A DNA stretch of 64,000 bases from Eledone cirrhosa (lineage: Eukaryota): NCBI GenBank assembly GCA_964016885.1, contig OZ024745.1, positions 50,530,001 to 50,594,000 on the forward strand, given 5' to 3'. The notes below the pieces were generated by a model. That model was not told where the DNA came from. It did not search any database and worked only from the letters and a program-made list of their open reading frames with translations. A program made the position numbers and the translations under genes. This document shows positions 12,330-25,400 of this stretch, piece after piece. Within the stretch, counting starts at the first letter, position 1. Each line of letters opens with the position of its first letter.

Positions 12330-12838
12330 CAGGGGCCTCGTTTGCCTTAAAAATGTGAGGGGGACAAACCAACGTTTGTTGATTCTTAACCCTTTAGCAT
12401 TCACATTACTCTATATATATACTATTATATTTTCATGGTAAAGGCTTTACTTCACATAATATCTCACATAATATCGAATCTATGAGATTTTGAAGGTATT
12501 TATTTTGAGAACAATACCTTAACATCAGTATGAGTGGCCAGTTACAGCCAGTTTCAACAGAGAGGTAGAGAACTCTGGCCGGTTTGGGCCAGTTTGAACA
12601 TTAAAGGGTTAAAGGAACATATTAGTATTGCTTATGGTGCCTTTCCTGGATCCTATCACATAAGTAAAATTTTGAGCTAATTAAATTTATATATTCAAAT
12701 GAAGTTCAGATATTAAAAAAAATAAGCTTAAAAAGAGTTTATTATATGAAATAAACAAAAAATAAAACAGACGTTTGAAAAAGTGTGTGTGAGTGGGGGA
12801 GTTGTCCTCCCCGGTACCCCCCTAAAACAAGGCTCTTG
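12330..12838. mobile_element. TA-flanked MITE (TIR CAGGGGCCTyGTTT) carrying a nested TTAA MITE
   Basis: CAGGGGCCTCGTTT ... AAACAAGGCTCTTG; an uninterrupted inverted copy lies at 16372-16657. Confidence 0.75.
12390..12608. mobile_element. piggyBac-type MITE (TTAA target-site duplication)
   Basis: TTAA-CCCTTTAGCATTC...GAACATTAAAGGG-TTAA; the matching empty TTAA site is at 16598-16601. Confidence 0.85.
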
Positions 12839-12902
12839 TATGTATATATATATTTATATATATATATATATATATATATACAAGGGCCTTGTTTCAGGGG
12901 TG

Positions 12903-15900
12903 TCATCATCATCATCATCATCATCATCAGGTTTAGCGTCCGTGTTCCACGCTTGCATGGGTTTGGACGGGGGTTTTCCCACTTGAGGCAAGAGTGGTTG
13001 TCTTGCTCGCATAGGACTGTCTGGCGGGTTTTCTACAGTTGGATGCCCTTCCTAACACCAACCACATTTACAGTGTGGGGCTGGGAGGTTTTTACCGTGT
13101 TGCCTACACGGCCACATTACAGCGTGGACTGTCTGGCGGGTTTTCTACAGCTGGATGCCCTTCCTAACACCAACCACATTTACAGTGTGGGGCTGGGAGG
13201 TTTTTACCATGTTGCCTACACGGCCACATTTACAGCGTGGACTGTGTGTTTTTTTTTTGTCGTGACACCTACACGATCTCATTTGTTTCGGCCTGGATGT
13301 TGTGGGACCAACATAACTTTACATTGAAAGGGGCGGTGTGGATGAGGTGGAGGTGGTGGGACGGGGGTGTGTTTTGATAGAGATGCCTACTGACTGTAGT
13401 AGGTTTTTACTTTGTATTTAGGTAAGGCGGGTCTTCTCTATTACTGAGTACCGCCAAAGGTCTCGGTCCAGTGACATTGTCTTGGAGAGGTGTAAGCGTG
13501 TGAGGTCGGAATTTATCAGCTCGTCCCATGTTTTTCTGGGTCTGCCTACTCCGTGGCTACCGTCTATCTTTATTGCCCTGCACTTTGTTATACAGCTGTC
13601 GTCTTTCATGCGCATCACGTGACCGTACCAACGTAGCCTTCTCTCGAGTAAACAACATCTGATCCCTCTTATTTCTAATTTTTTCCTTAGTTCGTTTATG
13701 CTTTGCCGTTCACGTATATTACTATTGCACATCCAGCGGAGCATGCAAGCTTCGTTCCTCTCTAGTCTGCGTATATCCTCTGCACACAATGCCCAGGTCT
13801 CACTGCCATGCAGCATTGCTGTTCGTATGCAGGCATCGTATAACCTGCCTTTCATTTTTAGGGAGAACCCTCTAGCGGCTAATAGTGGTATAAGCTCTCT
13901 GAACTTTTTCCATCCAGTTCTGACTCTAGCTACTGTACTTTCAGAGCACCCTCCCCCACTGCTGATTTTGTCACCCAGGTAACGGAAGCTGTCCACTATT
14001 TCTATAGAACCCTCTGCGCAGTTGAAGGAGCTAGTATTTTGTGGGCACTTGCTGCTACTTATTGCACCAGAGCACCGGCCACATGTAAAATCTATGTTCT
14101 TAGTTAGCTTACCTGTGATCCCACTACATCTTTTATGCACCCATACTTTGCATTTGGGACATAAAATGGAGTTTCTACCTACGCCTTTCCTACACACTGA
14201 GCATGGCCATTTCCCAGATGGGATCGCCGCCTTATTTTCTTTCCTACAAACTAGAACTTTAGTCTTAGCCAGGTTAATTTTAAGGCCTTTTGATTCTAGG
14301 CCGTGCTTCCATGTTTGGAATTTCTTCTCTAGTTCGGTCATTGATTCAGCTATGAGCATTAGATCATCTGCGTATAGGAGTTCCCATGGGCAGCCGGTCT
14401 TGAACTCCTCTGTTATAGCCTGAAGGGCAATAATAAATAGTAGGGGGCTAAGAACAGAGCCCTGATGGACACCAACTTTTACGCTAAACTCTTCACTATA
14501 TTCGTTGTTAATTCTAACCTTACTGACTGTTTCTTTATACATGGCTTGTATAGCTCTCACAAGCCATTCGTCAACACCTAGTTTTCTAAGAGACCACCAG
14601 ATAATGGAACGGGGGACTCTGTCGAAGGCTTTCTCCAAGTCGACGAAAGCTAAGTAGAGGGGTTTACTTTTAGCTAGGTACTTCTCCTGTAGTTGTCGTA
14701 CAATGAAAAGAGCGTCTGTGGTACTTTTGCCTGACACAAACCCGAACTGCATTTCATCTAGATCAATTCTCTCTCTGATTAGTTGCGCTATTACTTTTTC
14801 CGTGACCTTCATGACCTGGTCGATTAATTTAATACCTCTATAGTTACTCCTATCTAGGGCATCTCCTTTTCCCTTATAGCAGTTAACGATGATGCTGCTA
14901 CGCCAGTCCTTCGGAACAACCCCATTCTGTACGACTTGGTTAACTATCCGGGTGACCATGGTGTGTCCCACCGAACCAGATGCCTTCAGCATCTCAGCAA
15001 CTATTTCCGAAGGACCAGCCGCCTTACCCGTCTTCATATCTTTGATTGCCTTGCTTATTGTACTACCCTGGACTAACACTGCTGGTCCCTCTATTGGGTC
15101 GATGTGGGGGAGACTGTCTTTCTCCCATTTGTTCTCCTCATTTAGAAGCCTTTCGTAGTGACACTTCCAAGCTACCTTCTTATCAGCGTCGGTGATGGCA
15201 AGTATGCCATCATCGTTAAGTACACACTTCTCCTCGACAATATCACGGTTTTCCTTGACACATTGCCTGGCAATCCTGAACACCTCACGTTTTTGGTCCT
15301 CACGTTGTAGAACATGCTTGAACTTTCTTTCCTCTGCTTCCCTTCTTGCGAAGTACACTTGTCTCCTAGCTTCCCTCCTGGCCACTTGATAGTCTTCTCT
15401 ACTTCCCCCATCCCGCCATACTTTCCAAGCCTGCTTTTTGGCCTTAATTGACTCCTCCACCTTACTGTTCCACCACCATGTTACTCTCCTCCTACCTACA
15501 GGCCTGCTCCAGCCACAGACTTCGTCTGCCGCCGTCAGCAGGTTTGCTCTCAGGAATTCCCACTGTTCCTCTATATTATACGACTCTAATTGCTCTTCCT
15601 TACTGTCGAAAGCGTCGAGTAATATGCTTTGAAATTTATTTCTGGCTATGGGGTCCTTTAGCTTCCATATTTTTCTCCTGAGGATAGTCCTCTTCCGCTG
15701 TCTAGTACGTCTCGTCCTGATTATGAGGTCGCTAATTATCAGTCTATGTTGGGAGGTGAATTCTTCATGGGGGAGGGATTTAGTGTTAACAACAGACACT
15801 CTGTCACGTCTTCTGGTAAGGATATAATCTACCTGGCTTGTGTGTTCCCCCGATCTATAGGTGATCAAGTGATTGTCTCGTTTTTTGAAGTTAGTGTTAC

Positions 15901-16350
15901 AGATAGTTAAGTTATTTGCGTCGCAGAATTCCAGGATTCTGGAGCCTTCCTCATTTCTAGTACCGAACCCGTAGCCTCCATGGATTCCGTCATAGCCGTC
16001 ACAATGTTGTCCAACGTGACCATTTAGGTCGCCTGCAATAACTATATAGTCACTGTCGGTTATTTGGGAGGTAGCGAGCATCAGTGTCTAGTAGAATCTG
16101 TCTTTTATAGCGCCGGGCAGTCCGGATTGGGGTGCATACGCAGATATTACTGTCACCGTAGTTTTATTGAGGACAAGTCTTATTTTAATTATTCTGTCGT
16201 TCACTCTATTTACGTCTATTATCTTATCTGCCCACTTTTCTGCTAACATGATTCCTACCCCACCCAGCCCATTGTCATTTCCCACCCAGAAAAGCTTATA
16301 GCATCGTTTTTTTACCCACAATGAATCTAGCAGACCCGCCCCTCCACCTG
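12903..16350 (-). mobile_element. Near-full-length RTE-clade LINE (APE endonuclease + RT + PHD-like finger), 5'-truncated
   Basis: 887-aa ORF 13418-16081 with [42 protein letters not shown]. Upstream it is broken by GAG->TAG (16088-16090) and a +1 frameshift near 16310. 3'UTR has a duplicated block and a (GAT)n tail. Confidence 0.96.
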
Positions 16351-16371
16351 ATATATATATATATATATATA

Positions 16372-16654
16372 CAAGGGCCTTGTTTTAGAGGGGTACCGGG
16401 GGACGACGACCACCCTTACACACACACTTTTTCAAACGTCTGTTTTATTTTTTGTTTATTTCATATAATAAACTCTTTTTAAGCTTATTTTTTTTAATAT
16501 CTGAACTTCATTTGAATATATAAATTTAATTAGCTTAAAATTTTACTTATGTGATAGGGCCCGGGAAAGGCACCATAAGCAATACTAACTTGTTCCTTTA
16601 AGAATCAACAAATGTTGGTTCGTCCCCCTCACATTTTTAAGGTAAACAAGGCCC

Positions 16655-16657
<3 letters not shown>
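16372..16657. mobile_element. TA-flanked MITE, inverted copy of 12330-12838 without the TTAA insert
   Basis: CAAGGGCCTTGTTT ... AAACAAGGCCCCTG; internal sequence is the reverse complement of 12330-12389 plus 12613-12838. Confidence 0.8.
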
Positions 16658-16690
<33 letters not shown>

Positions 16691-17699
16691 GAAGTATTTC
16701 CGTCAGAAAGGTACAGGAAAAAAGAGTGCTCTATGTAGGCTACAGAGCTTATTGGCTATGTAATAAACAACATAAGATAATTATTTCATTTACCAGTGGT
16801 CTCTAGAAGGCAGATGTTGTGTCTGTCTTCAGTCGTCAGGATGAATAAAAAACATGGTGTATTTATTAAATATGGATTTGAAAACAAAAGGAAAAAGGGG
16901 AAAAAAAAAATATATATATATATATATAAAAATATAAATATCCAGAACGTAAACATACACACACTCAACTACACGCATATACTAAAAAGTACGTAGACGG
17001 ATACTTTCTCATATAAGCGTATTTGCGTCTACATAGAAAAACGGACAGGAACATAAATACATACACATACATATACACAGATATATACATAAAAACATAC
17101 ACATACATATACACAGATATATACATAAAAACATACACATACATATACACAGATATATACGCACTCAAAAATGTACACACAAATATGGACAGTAGTTATG
17201 AAACAGGAATAACTAAATAAATAAATAAGAACAAAAAATACAAAAAATATATGTGTGTATATATATATATATATATAAATTCAGCGAGAATCGCATTTTG
17301 GCGGGTAGAAAAAGCGAAACGTAACGCAAATTCCGAGTCATGCTGGCAAGCGCTCCATGGGCTAAAAAAGACCAGAGCAATAAACATAGGTTATAAGGCC
17401 ATACAAACTGAGAAGGCGGTCAAGAATCCATTAACCACCTACGCCAAAAAACAAGTCAAGCTAAACAGGTGAGACAAAATAAATAACAAATTCATATATA
17501 TATATACATATAAAGAAAGTAAAGATCAAAATCAAAAACAAAATAATGTAAAAGGGGTGGGGTGGGGGGGGCGTGTTGACAACGATAGGTGTGAGTGTGC
17601 GGGGGGGGGGGATAAATAAAAACAACTTAATTATAAACAAATACACAAGATATGCATATACATGATCATCATTTTATGTTCGCTTTTCCCTGCTTGCAA

Positions 17700-17743
<44 letters not shown>

Positions 17744-18083
17744 TCATACATACACATATACAAGCATATATACCTATACACACATGCAAACACACACACG
17801 TATATATGTGTATATATATATAAAAAATAAATATACATACACATACATGTGCGTACATATATATATATACACACACATACAAACATATACACATACAAAA
17901 AAACACTACAATAAATTAGAAAAATGAATCTCAAAGGTACATAACCCACGCACACACACATGCAATAAGAAATCAACACATGCATACAAATAAACATATG
18001 TAAAAATATACACACATATAAACACATATACACAAAAACATATATACAAGCACAAGCATACATATATACAAATACATATATAT

Positions 18084-18148
<65 letters not shown>

Positions 18149-18551
18149 AAAACATATAATTGTAAGTACACATAAGCCTGTCTGCATATGCGCCCACATA
18201 TAATCTTATGTGAGTACGCTTAAAAACCAAAGGGGAGTAAAACTGAAATAAAATAATGAAAACAATTATTAAGAACAGGTAAGGAGGGGGGGGGCTGTAA
18301 AAGTTGTAGTTGAGAGTAAGTGTTTGTGATGAGATCTGGATAAGGGTATATAGTTAAAAAGTGATCTGGGTAAAGGATAAAGGTGGTGCGTGTGTATGTA
18401 TTAAAGGTATGGTAGATAGTAGGGGGAGGATATAAGTCAAATGATATATAGAAATAGATGAGGGAGAAAAAGTATATATTGGTAGAAAGTATGTGTTCAT
18501 AAGGTGATGATATTGGCAGTAAGTGGAAGGCGTGATAAGTAAAGAAGAAGC

Positions 18552-19220
18552 TCAAGGTGGTTGAGTAATCGTTGGTATGTTAATCCAGTTAAAAAGTAGA
18601 TGCGATTTCAGGTGCAGACAACATCTAAAGATCTCGGTCTTAGAATTGAGACAAGTGGTAGGAGTTTTCAAGTTTTGGAGAATTCTAAGTTTTTCCGTAG
18701 TACACAAAGAACATTTCTTTGTACCCCTTTTGTATTCTCTTGAATGGTCTAAAATAGACCAATCAATAGTGTACGGAATGTTTTTGTCTTTGAACTCCCA
18801 CACTTTATTTGCCAGCGCCGTTGCTGTTCTATATGTCAGCGTGTTTGAAAGAAGCGACATGTGCATAATACCTGGTTTTAAATCTGTCCTGAGTCATGCC
18901 AACATATCGTTCACTCCTGGCTGGCTGGTTATTAATCATTGGTGTCAATTTGGCCTCATACACAATAGATTTGGTATTACATTTACCCTGTAATGGGCAT
19001 TCTTCCGGCTTCCTGCAACTGCATCCTGGATTTATTCTAGTACCATTAGAGTTGGTAATTTTAGTTTTCATTGATGGGCAGCAAGAGTAACTGAATTAAC
19101 TACATTTCCATTGAATATCTTATTATATCTATGATTAGGGGGAAAATGTTTGTCAAGGAGGTCGAGGAATTTTCTTCTTATGTTAGTTTTAACGGTTAGA
19201 GAGAAGGGGCGTGTAAACCA
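18552..19220 (-). mobile_element. Penelope-like element GIY-YIG endonuclease region (Naiad-like), frameshifted
   Basis: WFTRPFSLTVKTNIRRKFLDLLDKHFP, CSCRKPEECPL (CxCx5C), SIVYEAK...YVGMTQDRFKTRYYAH, CSLCTTEK, LNSKTEI...CCLH. Confidence 0.88.
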
Positions 19221-19505
19221 ATGCAAGGTGGAAGATGGACGTTAAATGATGATGATGATGATATATTTTTTTTCCCCCTTTTTCCTTTTTGCCTGTTTTT
19301 TTCAGCCTCACTTTCATATTTTCTAAATTTTGTTTTCAAATCCATATTTAATGTTTTTTATCCATGTTGACGACTGAAGACAGACACATCTGTCTTCAAG
19401 AAACCACTGGTAAATGAATTAATTATCTTATGTTGTTTATTACATAACTATATATATATCAATGATATTAATAAATGGAAACTATATTTATAAAATCATA
19501 TTTAT

Positions 19506-19560
19506 TCTATTATATATATTTCAAGGGTACCAAAACTTTGGTACGCTCTCATCAGATAAA
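19506..19560 (-). ncRNA. Minimal type I hammerhead ribozyme motif
   Basis: Minus strand: TTTAT-CTGATGA-GAGCGTACCAA(agtt)TTGGTACCCTT-GAAA-TATATA-TA-ATAGA. Confidence 0.75.
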
Positions 19561-19996
19561 ATACAAAGTTTGTTTTATAAATAGTGACATACCCAGGAAT
19601 CGGACATTAATGGTTCAAGTTCCCACATTGTACATGAATTTAAAAATTAAAACGTTAAAAATTAAAAGTTTGTTGCAGTGGTGGAATATCAATCCATAAT
19701 TTAACAAATATTTAACTAAATCATGAGTTATAATATTATATATATAATCATTATAATTAGATTATATGAAGAATTATGGTTGTAAGTACATTTTATCTTA
19801 TTATATTACAACAGGTTATAAATATATAAATATCTATATAGATTAGTAAATATATAAATATTATTGGTGAATTATATGCTGTTATTTTTTTATAGATATA
19901 TAACGCACGTATTAGTTTGTTTACATTTCTAATATAAAATTATGAAGGATGTTGAGTTTACATTTTAAATATATAGTTAAGAAAAAAGACGTATAT

Positions 19997-20247
19997 ATCA
20001 TCATCATCATCATTTCATTTTACGTCCGCTTTTTCCCTGCTTGCAAGGGTGGGACGGGAACTGATTCTGGCTTGATTTCTACAGCTGGATGCCCTTCCTA
20101 ACACCAACCTCATTTACAGTGAGTAAACTGGAGCGATGTGAAATGAAGTGTCTTGCTCAAGGAAACAACACATCACCCGGTCTGAGAATTGAACTCACAA
20201 CCTTTCGATTGCAAGGCCAATGCTCTAACCACTAAGCCATGTGCCTC

Positions 20248-20250
<3 letters not shown>
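19997..20250 (-). mobile_element. tRNA-SINE (same family as 11993-12320), internally deleted
   Basis: Reverse-complement A/B boxes at ~20190-20240; RTE-like tail and (CAT)n at the left end. Confidence 0.85.
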
Positions 20251-20293
<43 letters not shown>

Positions 20294-20409
20294 CATACAC
20301 ACAAGCTGCTGGCCAAATAATTTTTTGTATCAAAGAGTTAAAAACTTGTAAAATCAATGTTTTTAATTGTTGTTATTAACAATATACCCCCCTATATATA
20401 GCATATGAA

Positions 20410-20830
20410 TGAATGAAGGAGTTACAAGCTGTTAAAACAAGTTCTTTATATAAATCTTACATAATGTTCACAAATATACGAGATAAAGATTCATTCAAAT
20501 TTATTCAATTCGACATAGATAATTACTACGCCTCTATCTCTCCTATACTACTAGGTCCAATGCTAGTTTAACTAAAAAAGAAATAGACTTAGTACTAGCA
20601 GCTATATGAACCACCATACACTTTGAAGGCTCATACTGGACCCAAGCCAACCGTCCTGATAATTTCGATATCACGATGGGGTTAAGTGACTCTGCACAGG
20701 TAACTGACCTGGTTAGAATATACCTCCTGCATAAGCTCAGAGAAGAGATCCCTGCACTACAAGATAGGGACGACGCCCTATTTACTGTAACGAATTACAA
20801 CCCCCGTAGAATAAAAAACCTCAATAAGCA
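20410..20830 (+). mobile_element. Penelope-like (Naiad-like) reverse transcriptase remnant
   Basis: FKFIQFDIDNYYASISP, FDITMGLSDSAQVTDLVRIYLLHKL, RDDAL. Confidence 0.78.
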
Positions 20831-21750
20831 TATCCATAAGTGTATGTGCGGAGGATATCAGGTGTAGTGTTGGCGAATTTCAGGAAGCATGGAGGTTTTA
20901 AAGGATGCAGTGTCTCGGCAGCTAACAACTGATGCAGGTAGTTTGTTCCATGCTTCAGCAACTCAGAGCGCGAATGATTCCGAAAGTCATGGGAGCTGTG
21001 CTGTCTTTTGACATTGTAGGCATGCCCACGTGTGTTAGACACATGGAATTCAAAAAGGTGCTCAGGGTTGTTGTTGGCAAGATGGTTAATAATTTTGCAG
21101 GTGTTTACCACGTCGGAGCTTCAATGTATCTATGCCCAGGGGAGCAAGGCATTCAGAGTATGGTAGATGCCTGATGGTGGGTATTCACGTGGTTGCTTGT
21201 CCCTGAACAGTTTCCAGGAGGTCAATATTCTGAGCAAAATAGGGGTTCCAGACTGGTGATGCAAATTCTAAGTGTGGCCGCACCATAGCTATATACAGCT
21301 TTAAATAGATAGCTGGAGAGTAGCTGACAAAGGTCTTGCTGAGTGAGTGATGCTAAGACACCCTCGGCCTTCATGACAATTTTAGAGATGTGTTTTGTCC
21401 AACGCTAATCGCTGCTGATAGTAATGCCCAGGTCACGTTCACAAGAAGACTTCTTGATATTAGTGTTGTGGAGGGAGTATGTGGACGCGGGGTTTTTCCT
21501 CACAAAATGCATGGTGGTACACTTGTCCACAGCCAGCTTGAGTTGCCTGTCCGTGATCCATTGCTGCATTGTGTCCAGGTCTGATTGCAGGAAAGATCTA
21601 TAGTGTTCAGGATCTGTCCTTTTTATCTCAAGGTATCTTGATGTCATCTGCATATTTCAGTACGGTGGCATTCTTTAAGTTGGCATCTGAGTCATTTATA
21701 TATGCAACAAACAAAATAGATCCCTGAACAGATCCCTGTGGTACACCATA
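20831..21750 (-). mobile_element. Degenerate CR1/L2-type LINE RT C-terminal region
   Basis: VPQGSVQGSILFVAYIND, LQSDLDTMQQW...LKLAVDKCTTMHF, ERDLGITISSD, SNTRGH. Confidence 0.8.
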
Positions 21751-22155
21751 ATGTTCGGATTATATTATCTATGAAGTTTAGATAGATATAACTATAAAAG
21801 TTTTGCCTCCAACTTAGTCGGTTTGGCCACAAACAAATGCAGAAGACAGGAAGACAAGCAAGTACCGGACCACGTACTGCTGAGCTCCTCCATAAAATTG
21901 GATTGAAACCCTGCGAGGTGGAGTGATTGTTGCAGTGAGTGTTGCTGGCCATTCCCCTCTTAGAAGATTGTGCTATTTTTTGCATATCCTCTGACTAAAC
22001 TTTACTTGTTTGTCACATTAACAGCTTTATATGAACGTTTCAGTTTCAGTTTCTATTTTTCATATTTAAAAACTTGATCTTAGTCTTTTGCGATGCATCT
22101 AGTTACATCTTGTGGCACATGGTTTGGGAACCATACTAGTCTCACTGTTAATTTC

Positions 22156-22220
<65 letters not shown>

Positions 22221-22357
22221 AAAGGGATATTTAATTTGTTGGTAATTCAACAAATATAAATGTTTATAACTGATTCGAAGCACTTGACAGGTTTTCTGGA
22301 GTATAATATTCAATAATATTAAATAAATGGAAACTATATTTATAAAACCATATTTAT

Positions 22358-22412
22358 TCTATTATATATATTTCAAGGGTACCAGAACTTTGGTACGCTA
22401 TCATCAGATAAA
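22358..22412 (-). ncRNA. Minimal type I hammerhead ribozyme motif
   Basis: Minus strand: TTTAT-CTGATGA-TAGCGTACCA...TGGTACCCTT-GAAA-TATATA-TA-ATAGA. Confidence 0.68.
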
Positions 22413-22430
22413 ATACAAAGTTTGTTTTAT

Positions 22431-25400
22431 AAATATTGACATATCCAAGAAGAAGATCTTAACAGTTAAGTTTTTCCTGGATTGTCAATTGTATATATCT
22501 ATTCGTATTATATGAAAAAATAATCATAAATCTAACTTTTCTTCCATAAAAAAGGCTTTTACTTATTAGTAAAAACTGAGACTATGTTCTGGGTTTTCCC
22601 CCCAAAATCCACATGAAATACTTTCTACAGGTAAATTATTTTCAGTTTCAAGAAGTTTGTAATTACACCTGAGTGAGCACTCGATGTTTAGGTCCGCTTC
22701 TGTGTTGAGGTGTAGAGCTAGGGAAGCGGACCTAATCATCGAGTGCTCAATGGAGTGTTCCATTTGAACAAGGTACAGCATGGCCAACTGGCCAGGCTTG
22801 CCTCAAAACATGGACGACCCATCTAACTCATACAAGCATGGAAAGTAAAATGTTAAACAGTGATGATGATTATATAGATTGATTAACCAAGTTGTGAGGG
22901 TTTACACTAAACTAATTATGCTCTAACATAATGTGCTGAATATCGTATATATATACATACCATTCATATTTTAACTTATGCATATATGTGTGGATGGGAA
23001 GGTGCAAACTGTATTTGTGTATGTGTGTGTGCAGACGTGTATCTAGAAGCATGTGTGTGAATGTACATGCACTTGTCTGTGTGTGTGTGTAATTTAAAGG
23101 TCTTAATTATAGTCTTTTCATGTATTTTAATGCTGCTATACCTGTAGTCTTTAACCTCTTCTTACCTGTCTAATTACATCACCACATTATGTGTGTGTGA
23201 AGTAAGTAATGTTGTTAGTGTGTGTCTGGAGGCTGACAACATAAGTACCAGTCATATAATGGGGTAAATTTCACCAAATATATTTCTTTTCTCCGGTTGC
23301 CTAAGCTATATGGCTATACGGTTGCATATCAAAACATCATGCTGTACATAAGAAAAAAAAAATTTGGGAATAATGTTAAGAGTACACATGCCTGTGGAAT
23401 ACTCAGCCACTTACGCTATGATACAAGATGAATTCTACATGTAATTCAAAGGTCCACCCTGGTCATGTATTGTATCATGCTGATCCAACTTTGGAATTAT
23501 TTTAAAGATAGACATATCACTGAAAGGCAGACAGATAGGAGATACACACATACACATTTCAGGTTCATTATAGAACATGAAACAATGAAATTTACAGCTC
23601 CTTCCTATGAAGGTTTAGCTGGCTTCCTACAAGATTGTATCTCATAGAAGATTTCTTAGGTGTTTTAATTTTAGGGGCCCAGTTCTATCATGAAAATCAG
23701 CATGAAATCAATTGTCTTGTTCAAGAGCCCAATGCATTGTTCAATCCAGTAATCAAACCCACAACCTTATGCTTGTGAGTCCATCCCCTTAACCACTAGG
23801 CTAACCTCATGGACCAGGTGGCATGTGTTCTTGAGCAAGATGCTTTATTTCAGATTGCTTTTCTTGATAACACTAGAATCCCTGTTATTAATAGACTCAA
23901 GAAACCAACTAAACCTGAATCGGTGAAAGCTGTAAATTTCATATTTTCTTTGATTTCATAATATTGACATATCCAAAAAGAAGATCTTAACAGTTAAGTT
24001 TTTCCTGGATTGTCAATTGTATATATCTATTCGTATTATATGAAAAAATAATCATAAATCTAACTTTTCTTCCATAAAAAAGGCTTTTACTTATTAGTAA
24101 AAACTGAGACTATGTTCTGGGTTTTCCCCCCAAAATCCACATGAAATACTTTCTACAGGTAAATTATTTTCAGTTTCAGGAAGTTTGTAATTACACCTGA
24201 GTGAGCACTCGATGTTTAGGTCCGCTTCTGTGTTGAGGTGTAGAGCTAGGGAAGCGGACCTAATCATCGAGTGCTCAATGGAGTGTTCCATTTGAACAAG
24301 GTACAGCATGGCCAACTGGCCAGGCTTGCCTCAAAACATGGACGACCCATCTAACTCATACAAGCATGGAAAGTAAAATGTTAAACAGTGATGATGATTA
24401 TATAGATTGATTAACCAAGTTGTGAGGGTTTACACTAAACTAATTATGCTCTAACATAATGTGCTGAATATCGTATATATATACATACCATTCATATTTT
24501 AACTTATGCATATATGTGTGGATGGGAAGGTGCAAACTGTATTTGTGTATGTGTGTGTGCAGACGTGTATCTAGAAGCATGTGTGTGAATGTACATGCAC
24601 TTGTCTGTGTGTGTGTGTAATTTAAAGGTCTTAATTATAGTCTTTTCATGTATTTTAATGCTGCTATACCTGTAGTCTTTAACCTCTTCTTACCTGTCTA
24701 ATTACATCACCACATTATGTGTGTGTGAAGTAAGTAATGTTGTTAGTGTGTGTCTGGAGGCTGACAACATAAGTACCAGTCATATAATGGGGTAAATTTC
24801 ACCAAATATATTTCTTTTCTCCGGTGCCCTAAGCTATATGGCTATACGGTTGCATATCAAAACATCATGCTGTACATAAGAAAAAAAAAATTTGGGAATA
24901 ATGTTAAGAGTACACATGCCTGTGGAATACTCAGCCACTTACGCTATGATACAAGATGAATTCTACATGTAATTCAAAGGTCCACCCTGGTCATGTATTG
25001 TATCATGCTGATCCAACTTTGGAATTATTTTAAAGATAGACATATCACTGAAAGGCAGACAGATAGGAGATACACACATACACATTTCAGGTTCATTATA
25101 GAACATGAAACAATGAAATTTACAGCTCCTTCCTATGAAGGTTTAGCTGGCTTCCTACAAGATTGTATCTCATAGAAGATTTCTTAGGTGTTTTAATTTT
25201 AGGGGCCCAGTTCTATCATGAAAATCAACATGAAATCAATTGTCTTGTTCAAGAGCCCAATGCATTGTTCAATCCAGTAATCAAACCCACAACCTTATGC
25301 TTGTGAGTCCATCCCCTTAACCACTAGGCTAACCTCATGGACCAGGTGGCATGTGTTCTTGAGCAGGATGCTTTATTTCAGATTGCTTTTCTTGATAACA

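Noticed and set aside
13698-15681. Plus-strand ORFs opposite the RTE
   Set aside because: Antisense shadows of the RTE coding frame, repeated in each copy.
19374-19412. Hammerhead-like CTGAAGA...GAAACCACTGGTA (inverted relative near 16790-16832)
   Set aside because: No convincing stem I, a competing hairpin includes the core, and the relative has GAGA for GAAA; at best a decayed copy.
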